Positions 9,401 to 17,059 of a DNA stretch of 24,579 nt are shown one piece after another (the stretch's first letter is position 1; every line of letters begins with the position of its first letter). Origin of the DNA: a virus (lineage: Duplodnaviria > Caudoviricetes); IMG/VR virus record IMGVR_UViG_3300042470_000147, positions 1-24,579 of that record; one strand, given 5' to 3'. Made by a program: the position numbers and the translations under genes. The notes below the pieces were generated by a model, which saw nothing but the letters and a program-made list of their open reading frames with translations, was not told the origin of the DNA and ran no database searches.

Positions 9401-12012
9401 TCGTGACCCATCACCTGATTTAGAGCATTTAAACGCTGTTCTGGTGTCAGCGAACCATCGGGATCTACGCGATCCACTGCGAGGAAAATCTGCTTTAGGC
9501 GCGGATCGAAGAAGGCTTCGGTCTCCTCGCCTGCGATCTCTCCAGTCGGCTGGATCAAGTTCCGTTCAATGTTGAGCGCAATGTCGTTAAGTCCATACCC
9601 ACGCAGCGACTGACGAAGTGCCTTGCGGATTGGGACAAGATTGCCCACACCACCCGGAGGAGCGGGCAATGCAAGGACCGGCTTCGGCGCTACCTTAACG
9701 CCCTGCTTGGACAGATCCTGCTTGAGTACGGCAAGCGTCTCATCGACCTTCGGATATTCCTTAGGCAACCGCGCTGCTTCGATGATCTGATCATCGGTCG
9801 GAGTGACGCCGCGAGCATTCGCGCCTTGAATGAACTTCGATGCACGAACGAAGTTCTCACGGTTGTACGGCTTGAACTCGAAAACAGGAAGTTTGGTTTC
9901 CCGTTCGAAACGCGGAAGGCTAGACAGTTTCTTGTGGAAAAGACGGATGTCGCCGTAGTCCATCTCTTTGACGGAACCCTTCCCTGTAACGCCTTTTGCA
10001 AGGGCATTGACTTCAGGGGAGGCAATGTCTGAGATGATGTTCTTCGAACGAATCAGGTCAGCAATCTGATTGACTGCGCCTTTCTTGCCGAGTTTCGGAT
10101 CAATCGGCACATCCTTGGTGATGGCCGGGAAACTCTTGCCCAGTGCAGACTTGGTTTCTTCAAGCGAAAAGACATTGCTCTCAGGCTTGCCTTCCTGAGA
10201 ACGTGACTTGTTGATCTCTTGGGCCTTGGTCAGACCCTTGATGATGCGAGGCTGACCACCTTCCGGCGTGTACTGATACCCCAATACGCGACCGCGACGA
10301 TCCTTTGCCTTCGGCAACCCTTCGATCTGTCGCCAACTCAGCGCCTCTGCGTAATCAGGGCCGACCGTCTTTGCCGCCTCGTTGAGAGATACAGCAGAGA
10401 ACGTATTCGCATCCGGGTTGAGGGTGCGATATCCGTAACTGAAAAGGCTCTGTGTCGTATCCGGATCGTAAGCCTGACCCGCAGTTTCCAGAGAATTGAG
10501 GATGGCTCCCCGAACATTCTGGTTGACAACTTCTTTGTTTAAACTAAAAGCAGTGGCGTTCGCTTGCTCGAAAGTTTTAAGCGGCTGGCCGTAACGCTTG
10601 CCTTCAGTGTCAATAATTGTGAAGGTCGGTTGCGGGTTACCCGCCTGATCACGAACCGTTTCTCCCTGCTGAACAGAGAACTGACCAAAGTTCGGGAAGT
10701 AATCACCAAGATTACGGGCAATCTTCTGCCCATAAGCCACACCAAACTGAACATCATTAGAGACATCTGGTCCACGCATCGGCGTAGCCAGTTGGTTCAC
10801 CTCGTCCTGAGTCGGCGGGTCGATGGCATCTGCCTGAACACGCGCAGCAGCAGCCTCTGCATCAAGGCTTGTCTGATCCGCTTGGCCCTGCATACGACGC
10901 TGATTCTCAGCCTCAAGGGCTGCACGGAACTCCGCTGCTCGACGCTCCTCTTCCTGACGAAGTTCCGCCTCGCGTTGGCGATCAACCTCGTTGGTGATGT
11001 TCGCACGGGCAAGGTTGTACTCTGCCTGTTGAGTCGGTGAGGCAATCTCGATACCTGCGCCAAGGCCAAAGCCCACCGCGCCTTCCAGTGCCGCAGCCGA
11101 AGCCACGCCGCGCATGGTCGGGATGTCTTCAAAGCCTTCTCTCTGAAGGGCAATGTTCCCAGCCGCTTGTTCTTGTGCGGCTTGAATGAATTCAGGGGCC
11201 GCTTCCTTCGCACCTGCAAAGAGTGCCTTCGTCAATGTGCCTTTCGAAGCCGCATTACTGGTCGCGACGTTCTTGAGGATGCGACTTGCCAGTGCCTTTT
11301 CTAGGCCGGTTCCAGCAGCCAATCCACCCAGTCCTGCACCGAGCAGGATCTGATCCAGATTCTCGCCACCGTATTCTTGAGCCAGTTTTGCTCGCTCTTC
11401 GATGACATCTTCTGGAAGACCCAGTGCTTCCAGTTCGCGTTTAACCTCATCGTAGATGGTGCTTTTGACGATACCCGCACCACCTACCGCACCGATACCG
11501 GTTCCGACACGAGCCGCTGTCGCAGCACGAGCCGCCAATGTGCCGCCGCGCAGAGCCGCACCTGCGAGACCACCCGCGATAGTCGGCACTGCCGTACCAA
11601 TACCCTGTGCGAGGAAGTCCACGGGGGCTGTGGCGAATGCACGAAGACCCGCAGTCAGTTGCTCTCCAAGTCCTTTGTCTTCGGCTTCTTGGAAGATACG
11701 CGCAACTTCTTGCGAGTCTTGCTTGGACTGTGCGCTCAACAAACTGCTGAGGTAATCCTCAACACCACGAATGTTTTGAGAGGCAGCGTTGTCTGCGCCA
11801 AAGGCATCCGTTAAAAAGCGAACGCCTTGAGCAACACCCGTTGCGGCTTTGAGAGGAACATCCGCAACCTGACGGAATACAGATTGATCTTCTGGTTTAG
11901 GAGGCTGGTACTGACTAAAGATCTGATCGAGATCCGCATCAGTCGGCGGAGCATCTCCGGTCAGATCAAGTACAACACCCGTCCTTGGATCTGTGACGCG
12001 GTAAGTAGGCAT
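3469..12012 (-). CDS. large polyvalent (virion-ejected) protein, 2847 aa: Gly/Ala hydrophobic N-region, zincin metallopeptidase, ART-PolyVal-like ADP-ribosyltransferase, HhH-glycosylase-like domain, C-terminal LPD38-like domain
   Basis: HEVIH...EEAVA (9391-9405 onward); FWRWFGKSK..D..GRPQVFYHGT...GNLMPVY...GYDS...VFNPNQVKSA.GN.G.F; WY...SP...K..F...IDVW..R...QAVGW; NYGRRG...PFLNARIQG...KIPIPFE...NYDTFTGRPIVP. Confidence 0.85.
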   Translation of the reverse strand: MPTYRVTDPRTGVVLDLTGDAPPTDADLDQIFSQYQPPKPEDQSVFRQVADVPLKAATGVAQGVRFLTDAFGADNAASQNIRGVEDYLSSLLSAQSKQDSQEVARIFQEAEDKGLGEQLTAGLRAFATAPVDFLAQGIGTAVPTIAGGLAGAALRGGTLAARAATAARVGTGIGAVGGAGIVKSTIYDEVKRELEALGLPEDVIEERAKLAQEYGGENLDQILLGAGLGGLAAGTGLEKALASRILKNVATSNAASKGTLTKALFAGAKEAAPEFIQAAQEQAAGNIALQREGFEDIPTMRGVASAAALEGAVGFGLGAGIEIASPTQQAEYNLARANITNEVDRQREAELRQEEERRAAEFRAALEAENQRRMQGQADQTSLDAEAAAARVQADAIDPPTQDEVNQLATPMRGPDVSNDVQFGVAYGQKIARNLGDYFPNFGQFSVQQGETVRDQAGNPQPTFTIIDTEGKRYGQPLKTFEQANATAFSLNKEVVNQNVRGAILNSLETAGQAYDPDTTQSLFSYGYRTLNPDANTFSAVSLNEAAKTVGPDYAEALSWRQIEGLPKAKDRRGRVLGYQYTPEGGQPRIIKGLTKAQEINKSRSQEGKPESNVFSLEETKSALGKSFPAITKDVPIDPKLGKKGAVNQIADLIRSKNIISDIASPEVNALAKGVTGKGSVKEMDYGDIRLFHKKLSSLPRFERETKLPVFEFKPYNRENFVRASKFIQGANARGVTPTDDQIIEAARLPKEYPKVDETLAVLKQDLSKQGVKVAPKPVLALPAPPGGVGNLVPIRKALRQSLRGYGLNDIALNIERNLIQPTGEIAGEETEAFFDPRLKQIFLAVDRVDPDGSLTPEQRLNALNQVMGHEVIHAARLLDLWKQDEWSNLENAITKVKKPGTNQTYFDIAKTNYSDRSGVIQIEEAVADMFRDYTAKQLKVSGRPQNLLERMAQFFQRLRSALTGTGFQTYGDILSRFERGEVGGRQRGEIRTLRATEAALSRAGTTPERLAGILGGAAPAPAVVTPAAATAPPAPPAARPRATSDLPPEMLQGAEIMESRLPPRISVEGESVPTTNAEGRPIFIGGEGLEQVGRATRNTEQGLTNFWRWFGKSKAKDSQGRPQVFYHGTGAIIDRFRPKQAGSVFVTKSPAFAEEFAFLSDNYMVSNFPDFMSDQQVLDVLNEALAVQSSFSPPLYEKMRAERDRIAKDIANGKAINPKSLQAVKDVAAEGRSSRYLNAIQTRLPSSGNLMPVYVKADKPWDYDNREDVRAVVRRARENGADITASMVEEIGQGNWQTIEGSDGNAPILDAIRELGYDSMFVEEQGEKNLAVFNPNQVKSAVGNTGDFGLETDLILESRSKPPRSPLADIVTPEEAEGRIRRRLAREPGVGAPRNERVELTVPGRPSFLVGKITNEDWLNRVNTLMSMEEIKDARGWYRQLDEAFRPIFGDETPKYALAWLLSQKRASPTKGFTDVLRAADMAVGKPEIKKAGLNQQALIDVLSDRVPEGGVGDKLLDFLDSELGLDTRTVVRGDVRGRQPAAIDVWAQRDIGFVDPTVQEYIRKNFGNEAANRLQVDKTTSGETQYEYGIDFYNDVAEMLNRQNFDGGGWTAREVQAVGWVTMQRAMGVDAEFVRDIIGGNTRRVSIGLAPGANSVLADKLAGKEIPVDVAQREIGFLANLAGIKVKQNVAGVGAYLQWLEGAIQLDAVASPEAVDDFMDMVGYAFQQTEIINTRSLKSGKNMAIDILSPNLDSVDNATKFFSKFLEFAPKNKEGDPIAPGFQQILIDGMPGIRLLNFGGKWRRNEVEKIINAANDAAEQTNVELDRSIISQVVLSSTKNDWKENRNGEAYLGSLRDRGRLQEVELLQRRYPPSRIDLAGDGTIIWQGQEGQQGAAKAAAEVTPIERPQAQLDQAVENARADIESTPAMAIPLYNLAASPDALYVAQNPEQGLKLTPDDEVRYSRQNQPNYRNPNIRTILDQVVPEPPNQDPVRTVINSMRMSPFRDTVDKLRQNAIFNFSRLEFYNQNHPSLMHNTAAVSSLAAAEFADRSKAIFAAAITEGVPVYVDGGFRVDPFVHNGRQYKGLIDVLAPLYNNQYNASLEKLAQAYAVAKRGERLSREGKAVPADAAFLQEIEQEANQYINPATGQPIIREWYDAWQAYNANTVKFLRDTGMIDDAAATKWLNQSDYYPFYRTDKTGKDISDPSVFGGNLTTASTLKALRGSEEGINVPLMEAILSNLDAAIAMGMKNVAQQRIVRDMVNIGMGRFKQPGENVEGKPTVNLKVNGKRVTAFIDDPLIFESMQAIPDVNLDGLLGNLFRVPATVLRELIVREPGYLIANMARDTVSVLLTSGANIIPAVDTARNFNRGLDNLARFGVVGGYDFARDPQDVVKFLSDEARKRGHEIPVREETKWDEVVNSAYMRPLKGAWDFLGTISDKAEASTRNAVYEDTLKRTGDWVEAAYQALSVINYGRRGRNPQLRLVTATVPFLNARIQGLDKLYQAATGTSGVTRDRRKNIQRFVVRAGLMVGLTGLYYAMISDDELYDNENQEVKDNYYLIPIKKADLANREPGFAVKIPIPFEVGILFKTIPERILDMSYGDTTSKDLRDSLLRATTSTLAFNPVPQAILPILETVANYDTFTGRPIVPTYMQDRNAIAQARFGTNELARRAGEATGISPLKLDHLMNGYLGSLGTYTLDAADTLLRDNDMQYPQRKWFEYPFVRRFFTTAMRPGLQEQFYELDKNINGIVGSINALKDQGRVDELQAYMLENENILQLKSGVNVLDKLMKRYRDQKDAILRMDIDPAEKRRIIDELDRNINLQLKVMPQLRRLAYDEQRQAG

Positions 12013-12017
12013 GTGAA

Positions 12018-13688
12018 CTACCGCCGCACAACTTCAACTTGATATCTTGATTGTGCATTCGCAGGCTTTTCGGAATCCGTCTTACGCAACTGAAGTACCT
12101 TCGCTACATCGACAGTGGGGATCATCGCACCGTACTGGCGGATGGCTCTTTCGACAAGCATCTCTCGCATCTGATCCTTCTGCTCCGGACTCAAGCCAAT
12201 CTGATCCTTGAGCGTGTCCTCAATTCTATCCTCAGCCGATTCCACTGCGTTCAAGAATGCGCGGTTGTCCAATGCTTGTTGCTGTGCCGCATTGGCAAGG
12301 TTGCTTCTAACAGAGGTGTCATAGGTGATGAACAACTGAGCAGCGCGATCCTGTCGCTCCCGATCAGACTTCGCAATGTCGCCGTAGATGTTGGCAATCT
12401 GACCCACAGTCTCACGGTCAAACTGCATCTTGTCGATCTGCGCCTGACGCTGTTGCTGCGCGGTCTGCAACTGCAACTGTTCCGCAGTGCGACCTTCAGC
12501 CGTTGCTTCACGACGCCCTTCGCGCAGGGTTTCCATGGCAACCTGAGTCGCCTGCCTCAAACCTGCGGCAGGATCTCCGGCCATTACACCCGCGCCAAGG
12601 CTGGTTAAGGTTCCGGCAATCGCCATGCGACGAGCCTCATCTCGTGCTTCCTGTTGACGCTGCAATGCAGCCTGTCGATAAGGATCAAGATCAAGCGGGG
12701 CCGGAATACCTTGCGCTCTTTGCTGTTCGATGAGATCGATTAAACGCTGCTGCTGTTCCGTGATGCCAGTTGGCTGCATCATTCCGCTGATCATGCTTGG
12801 AACATTGAGATTACTGCCCGCTCCAGTTGGAGCAGTTCTCTGATTAGCCATGGCCGCGCCAACATCCGCTATGCCACCGGGTGGCACAGGAGGCGGAGCG
12901 GCAGGCGGGGCAGCAGACGGTGCGGCAGCAGGCGGGGGATTGCGCTGGCCGGTCATGGCTTGGTTTGCTGCCATGAAATCAAAGTTTGCCGGGAGATTAG
13001 CCGGTGGAGGAGTCGGGGGAGGGGTCGGTGCCGTAGCCGCCGCAGCCTCCATGGGAGGACGCTGAACAGATCCCAGCGCACGAGCAGGATCAATGCCTTC
13101 GTTCCTCAGCAATGTCGCTGCTTCTTCAACGCGATCTGCCTGAGCAAGCGCCTGCGCTTCGCGGATCACAGAGAACTGTGCGCGACGTGGTAAAAGCAGC
13201 GAAGACAACGAAGCACGATTCGCCTCAACACCCTCTTGGGTTTGAAAGCCGGGGATGAATCGCTGTGCGAAGTTGGGAACCGTTCTGCCTTCCTGCATTC
13301 GGTACGGAACCTGCCCGCCCTGATACATGCCCATCGGCGCACCGGTCATCGGCTGCTGTCTCGGCGCTCCCGGAGGGGCTGCTCCCTGAGGAGCCATTGG
13401 AGGCGCTGCTCTCATCGGCGCGGCACCTTGAGGGGCCATCGGAGGAGGCTGCTGGGTTCCCGGCGGAGGACCGCCCACACCCGCAATGCCGCTTTGAAGG
13501 ATCTGATCCTTCACCGTTTGCTGAGGCTGCTGCTGATTCGCCTGAAACCGTTGACGCATATCCTGCCTTCTCTGAACTTCAGAGACTGCAAGGAACTGAG
13601 GGATTCGGCCCGAAGGGAACTGTGCTTCTTGGAACAAGACTTGGTCAGGAAGACCCTTGACCATGTCTTCTGCTTCGATGATGTTCAT
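12018..13688 (-). CDS. putative internal virion/ejection protein, 556 aa, Pro/Ala/Gln-rich
   Basis: GAGG RBS; lies between the pilot-like and polyvalent genes; low-complexity Pro-Ala linker, hydrophobic IAGTLTSLGAGVMAG segment and Gln-rich helices. Confidence 0.65.
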   Translation of the reverse strand: MNIIEAEDMVKGLPDQVLFQEAQFPSGRIPQFLAVSEVQRRQDMRQRFQANQQQPQQTVKDQILQSGIAGVGGPPPGTQQPPPMAPQGAAPMRAAPPMAPQGAAPPGAPRQQPMTGAPMGMYQGGQVPYRMQEGRTVPNFAQRFIPGFQTQEGVEANRASLSSLLLPRRAQFSVIREAQALAQADRVEEAATLLRNEGIDPARALGSVQRPPMEAAAATAPTPPPTPPPANLPANFDFMAANQAMTGQRNPPPAAAPSAAPPAAPPPVPPGGIADVGAAMANQRTAPTGAGSNLNVPSMISGMMQPTGITEQQQRLIDLIEQQRAQGIPAPLDLDPYRQAALQRQQEARDEARRMAIAGTLTSLGAGVMAGDPAAGLRQATQVAMETLREGRREATAEGRTAEQLQLQTAQQQRQAQIDKMQFDRETVGQIANIYGDIAKSDRERQDRAAQLFITYDTSVRSNLANAAQQQALDNRAFLNAVESAEDRIEDTLKDQIGLSPEQKDQMREMLVERAIRQYGAMIPTVDVAKVLQLRKTDSEKPANAQSRYQVEVVRR

Positions 13689-13691
13689 CGT

Positions 13692-16619
13692 TTAACCTCG
13701 TTGACCAAAGGCCTGATACAGACCCAAGGCTCCTAAGCCGCCGCCCAGTAACTGTTGTTCCGCTGTCGGAACTCTACCAAAGGTTGATACCGCGCTGCCC
13801 GGTTGAACAGGGACGCCTTGCAAGAGATTGCTGAGATAACCCAACTGCTCCCGGCCATACGCCTGCTGACGTAGGAAGTCTTCGTAGCCGATATCCAGAC
13901 CGCGCTGCATGAGACCTCGACGCTCTGCGCCGATAGCCTGCTGTGCGGCCAGTCTTTGCAGGTCCAACTGTTGCTGCTGTCCGCCAAGACCGGTGAGAAG
14001 TTCCGCTGCCGCCAGTCGTTGAGCCTGACCAGCGCGATCTGCTGACAACCCCTCCAGTCCAAGCAACGCTCTTTGACGCTGCTGTTCGACATTGAACTGC
14101 TGGGCTTGCATCAAGAACTGCTGCTGCGCCTGACGGGCTGCTTCGGTCTGCTGCTGCGCCGACAACCCAAGTTCTGCCGCCCTCTGGCGAGCCTGTTCGC
14201 CCGCTTGCTGGGCCTGCAACTGGAACTGCCCCTGCTGCTGACGAGCCGCCTCTTGGGCTTGGAATGCGCCAAGGCCCATCTGTCCTTGGGCTTGCCTTGC
14301 CGCTTCGGTGGCTTGGAAGCCCTGCAATCGGAACTGCTCTGCGGCTTGTCTTGCCGCCTCGGTCTGTTGCTGTGCAGACAATCCAAGTTCTGCTGCCCGC
14401 TGACGCGCTTGTTCCCCAGCCTGCTGCGCTTGGAAATTGATATTGGCTTGGAACTGACGCTGTTCTGCGCCCATACCAAATGCCGATTGACGGAACTGTT
14501 CTGATGCCTGACGTGCGGCATTGTTCTGCTGCTGTGCAGACATCCCCATCTCAGCCGCTCGCTGACGGGCCTGTTCACCCGCCTGTTGAGCCTGAAGATT
14601 GATGTTCGCTTGGAACTGTCTCTGCTCCGCAGTTTGTGCAAAGGCTGACTGACGGAACTGTTCCTGTGCTTGTCTGGCCGCTTCAGTCTGTTGCTGGGCA
14701 GAAAGACCCAACTCTGCCGCCCTTTGACGAGCCTGCTCACCGGCTTGTTGCGCTTGAAGGTTGACGTTTGCAGCGAACTGACGTTCCTCTGCGCCCATGC
14801 CAAACGCAGACTGACGGAATTGTTCTTGGGCTTGTCGAGCCGCTTCATTCTGCTGCTGAGCAGACATGCCCATTTCCGCAGCGCGTTGACGGGCTTGTTC
14901 ACCCGCTTGCTGCGCTTGGAAGTTAAGTTCGGCTTGTTGGACACGCGACTGTTCCTGCGCTTGGAAAGCCGCAAGACCCATCTGTCCCTGAGCCTGACGA
15001 GCCTGTTCGCGCTGTGAGTACGCGCTCTGTCTAAACTGTTCAGCCGCCTGACGTGAAGCCTCTTCCTGCTGCTGGGCTGTCATGCCCATCTCAGCCGCAC
15101 GTTGCTTCGCCTGTTCCGCAGCCTGTTGTGATTGGAATCGCAGGTTCGCTTCAAACTGTCGCTCTTCACCGGTCGCTTGGAACGCACGGAGACCAAACTC
15201 CGCCTGAGCCTGACGCGCTGCTTCATTCTGTTGCTGGGCTGACAAGCCAAGTCGTGCCGCTTCCTGACGGGCAGATTCACCTGCCTGCTGGGCCTGCAAA
15301 GACATCTCGCCTGCGCGTTGACGGGCGGCTTCCTGTGCTTGGAATGCGCCAAGTCCGAACTGCGCCTGCTGCAATCGGGCAGCACGATCTGCTTCAAATC
15401 CTGCACGGGCTTGCTCAAAGGCAGACTGCAAGCCACGGGCTTGGATGTCTCCCAACTGCTGGCCTAAGGCCCTCTGTCGCTCTGCTTCCAGAAGGGTAGA
15501 ACGGGTTCCGCCGAAAGCCCCTGCGCGAGCCGCCTCTGCACCGATCTGAGGGCGCTGCATCTCTGATGCGCGAATCGCCTCTCGTCTCTCAATGTCCGTC
15601 ACGGCCTGTTGATAAGGCGACATGTAGGCTTCAAGAGTTCCCGGTGCAGCAAGCGATCCGGCCTCAAAGCCTGCCTGTAACTGACCGGCCTGATAGCCCG
15701 GTGTAAACGTGCCAGCCTCGTAGCCCGGAGTAATAGTCCCCGCCTGATAACGGTCCGTAAATCGCTCGCCTTGGAATCCGGGTTCAAAAGTACCCGCAAC
15801 ATATCCGGGCTGAAACCGTCCCGCTTGGAACTGCGAAGTTAGATCACCGGCTTGATAGGTTGGGCCTACGGTTCCGGCAGTGAATCCCGGAGCGAATGCC
15901 CCTGCGGTGTATCCCGGAGTGATGGTTCCAGCGCGATATTCAGGAGAATAACTTTGTGCCTGAAATCCGGGAGCAAAAGTTCCTGCTTGGTAGCCGGGTG
16001 TAAACGCCCCGGCCTGATAGCCCGCAGTGAGATCTTGTGCTTGGAACCCCGGTTGAAACTGACCTGCCTGATAGGCAGAGGTGATCATCTCCGGCGCAAA
16101 CTGAGAGGTGTAATCCTGTGCCTGAAAGCCCGGAGCAAATGCGCCTGCGGTATATCCCGGAGCAAATGCCCCCGCTTGATAGGACGGGGCATAGGTTCCG
16201 GCCTGATACATCGGGCCTACCTGACCTGCCTGATAGCCTGTGCCAAATTGACCAGCGCCATATCCCGTCTGGAACTGAGTGGCCTGATACGTCGGGGTGA
16301 TGGCACTGGGCTGGAACTGCCCAACGATATCCATAGCAGAAGGCTGAGGGGCCGTGCCAACTTGCTGGGCAATGTTGGTCGCCATCCCGATCTGCTCTGG
16401 CCGGGTCAGCGCAGTGATGCCTCGCTGTGCAGTAGTCTCCTCAGGAGCGAACTGCGCTAAACGCTGTCCAGTAAAAACCTGATAAGGACGCGCACTCTCA
16501 AACAATCCTCGTTGCAGTACCTGCTCGAAGTACGGCTGAACATAAGGAGGAAGACTGCTTTGAGTAACTGTTGAGGTGACCTGTTGTGGGCCACCACCAC
16601 CGCCGCCGCCGCTGCTCAT
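13692..16619 (-). CDS. putative DNA-pilot/ejection protein with two matched repeat arrays, 975 aa
   Basis: MSSGGGGGGG start, LPPYVQPY and YMSPYQQAV...AGAFGGTR motifs typical of podovirus-type ejected proteins; hydrophobic Gly-rich C-terminus; GAGGT RBS; ATGA overlap with the upstream gene. Confidence 0.75.
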   Translation of the reverse strand: MSSGGGGGGGPQQVTSTVTQSSLPPYVQPYFEQVLQRGLFESARPYQVFTGQRLAQFAPEETTAQRGITALTRPEQIGMATNIAQQVGTAPQPSAMDIVGQFQPSAITPTYQATQFQTGYGAGQFGTGYQAGQVGPMYQAGTYAPSYQAGAFAPGYTAGAFAPGFQAQDYTSQFAPEMITSAYQAGQFQPGFQAQDLTAGYQAGAFTPGYQAGTFAPGFQAQSYSPEYRAGTITPGYTAGAFAPGFTAGTVGPTYQAGDLTSQFQAGRFQPGYVAGTFEPGFQGERFTDRYQAGTITPGYEAGTFTPGYQAGQLQAGFEAGSLAAPGTLEAYMSPYQQAVTDIERREAIRASEMQRPQIGAEAARAGAFGGTRSTLLEAERQRALGQQLGDIQARGLQSAFEQARAGFEADRAARLQQAQFGLGAFQAQEAARQRAGEMSLQAQQAGESARQEAARLGLSAQQQNEAARQAQAEFGLRAFQATGEERQFEANLRFQSQQAAEQAKQRAAEMGMTAQQQEEASRQAAEQFRQSAYSQREQARQAQGQMGLAAFQAQEQSRVQQAELNFQAQQAGEQARQRAAEMGMSAQQQNEAARQAQEQFRQSAFGMGAEERQFAANVNLQAQQAGEQARQRAAELGLSAQQQTEAARQAQEQFRQSAFAQTAEQRQFQANINLQAQQAGEQARQRAAEMGMSAQQQNNAARQASEQFRQSAFGMGAEQRQFQANINFQAQQAGEQARQRAAELGLSAQQQTEAARQAAEQFRLQGFQATEAARQAQGQMGLGAFQAQEAARQQQGQFQLQAQQAGEQARQRAAELGLSAQQQTEAARQAQQQFLMQAQQFNVEQQRQRALLGLEGLSADRAGQAQRLAAAELLTGLGGQQQQLDLQRLAAQQAIGAERRGLMQRGLDIGYEDFLRQQAYGREQLGYLSNLLQGVPVQPGSAVSTFGRVPTAEQQLLGGGLGALGLYQAFGQRG
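14052..15401 (-). repeat. coding tandem array: 25 x 54 bp (18 aa) Gln/Ala/Arg-rich helical units
   Basis: Gap-free 18-aa phase from GFEADRAARLQQAQFGLG to AQQFNVEQQRQRALLGLE (1350 nt); AQQAGEQARQRAAE[LM]G[LM]S recurs every 3-4 units. Confidence 0.92.
15642..16316 (-). repeat. coding tandem array: 25 x 27 bp (9 aa) [YF]QAGxFxPG units
   Basis: Gap-free 9-aa phase from FQPSAITPT to FEAGSLAAP (675 nt), with an aromatic residue at position 1 of every unit. Confidence 0.92.
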
Positions 16620-17059
16620 TGTGATACCTCATCAAAATGCTTTTCAAAGATCACCGTCTTGACGGTGTACCCTCGCTTCTTAACGTGCGGCTCCCAACCG
16701 GGGCGACCGAAAAACTCAATGCCCTGACAGCCCATGTCCTTGGCGAACTGGTCTGCTGTCTCATGCATCTTGTCTTCAATATGCTTCATGTGATTCGGCG
16801 TCATCGCGCAATACTGAATCACGAACATCTTCTTCTGTGGGTAATGCTTGATCTCCGTCATCACGAAACCATGGATCTCGTTAGATTCCGGTTCGTAGAC
16901 CGCCCACAATTGCATCTGCCCGGTCAATGCAAACCGGACGATGTCATCAATATTGGCTCGTCCCATGGACCACATCTCTGATTCGTTTAAATAACGCATC
17001 AGAGTGGGGATCACATAACTGATCTTTCCGTAAGGGACAAGTGAGATATTGAGATTCAT
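16616..17059 (-). CDS. GNAT-fold acyltransferase-like virion assembly protein
   Basis: 147 aa; QLWAV...GFVMTEI...FAKDMGCQGIEFFGRPGW...GY pattern; position before the ejection genes parallels T7 gp13 / P22 gp14. Confidence 0.65.
   Translation of the reverse strand: MNLNISLVPYGKISYVIPTLMRYLNESEMWSMGRANIDDIVRFALTGQMQLWAVYEPESNEIHGFVMTEIKHYPQKKMFVIQYCAMTPNHMKHIEDKMHETADQFAKDMGCQGIEFFGRPGWEPHVKKRGYTVKTVIFEKHFDEVSQ

Noticed and set aside
3469-12012. Calling the 2847-aa ORF a tape-measure protein or virion RNA polymerase
   Set aside because: It has discrete enzyme-like domains and an LPD38-like end; I saw no RNAP catalytic motifs and no tail tube or sheath genes in the window.
13370-13450. PPMAPQGAAP duplicated in the 556-aa protein
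   Set aside because: Only two copies within a low-complexity linker; unremarkable.
14111-14974. 287-aa alternative-frame ORF inside the 18-mer array
   Set aside because: Stop-free as a by-product of repetitive Gln/Ala/Arg codons; no RBS or protein-like features.
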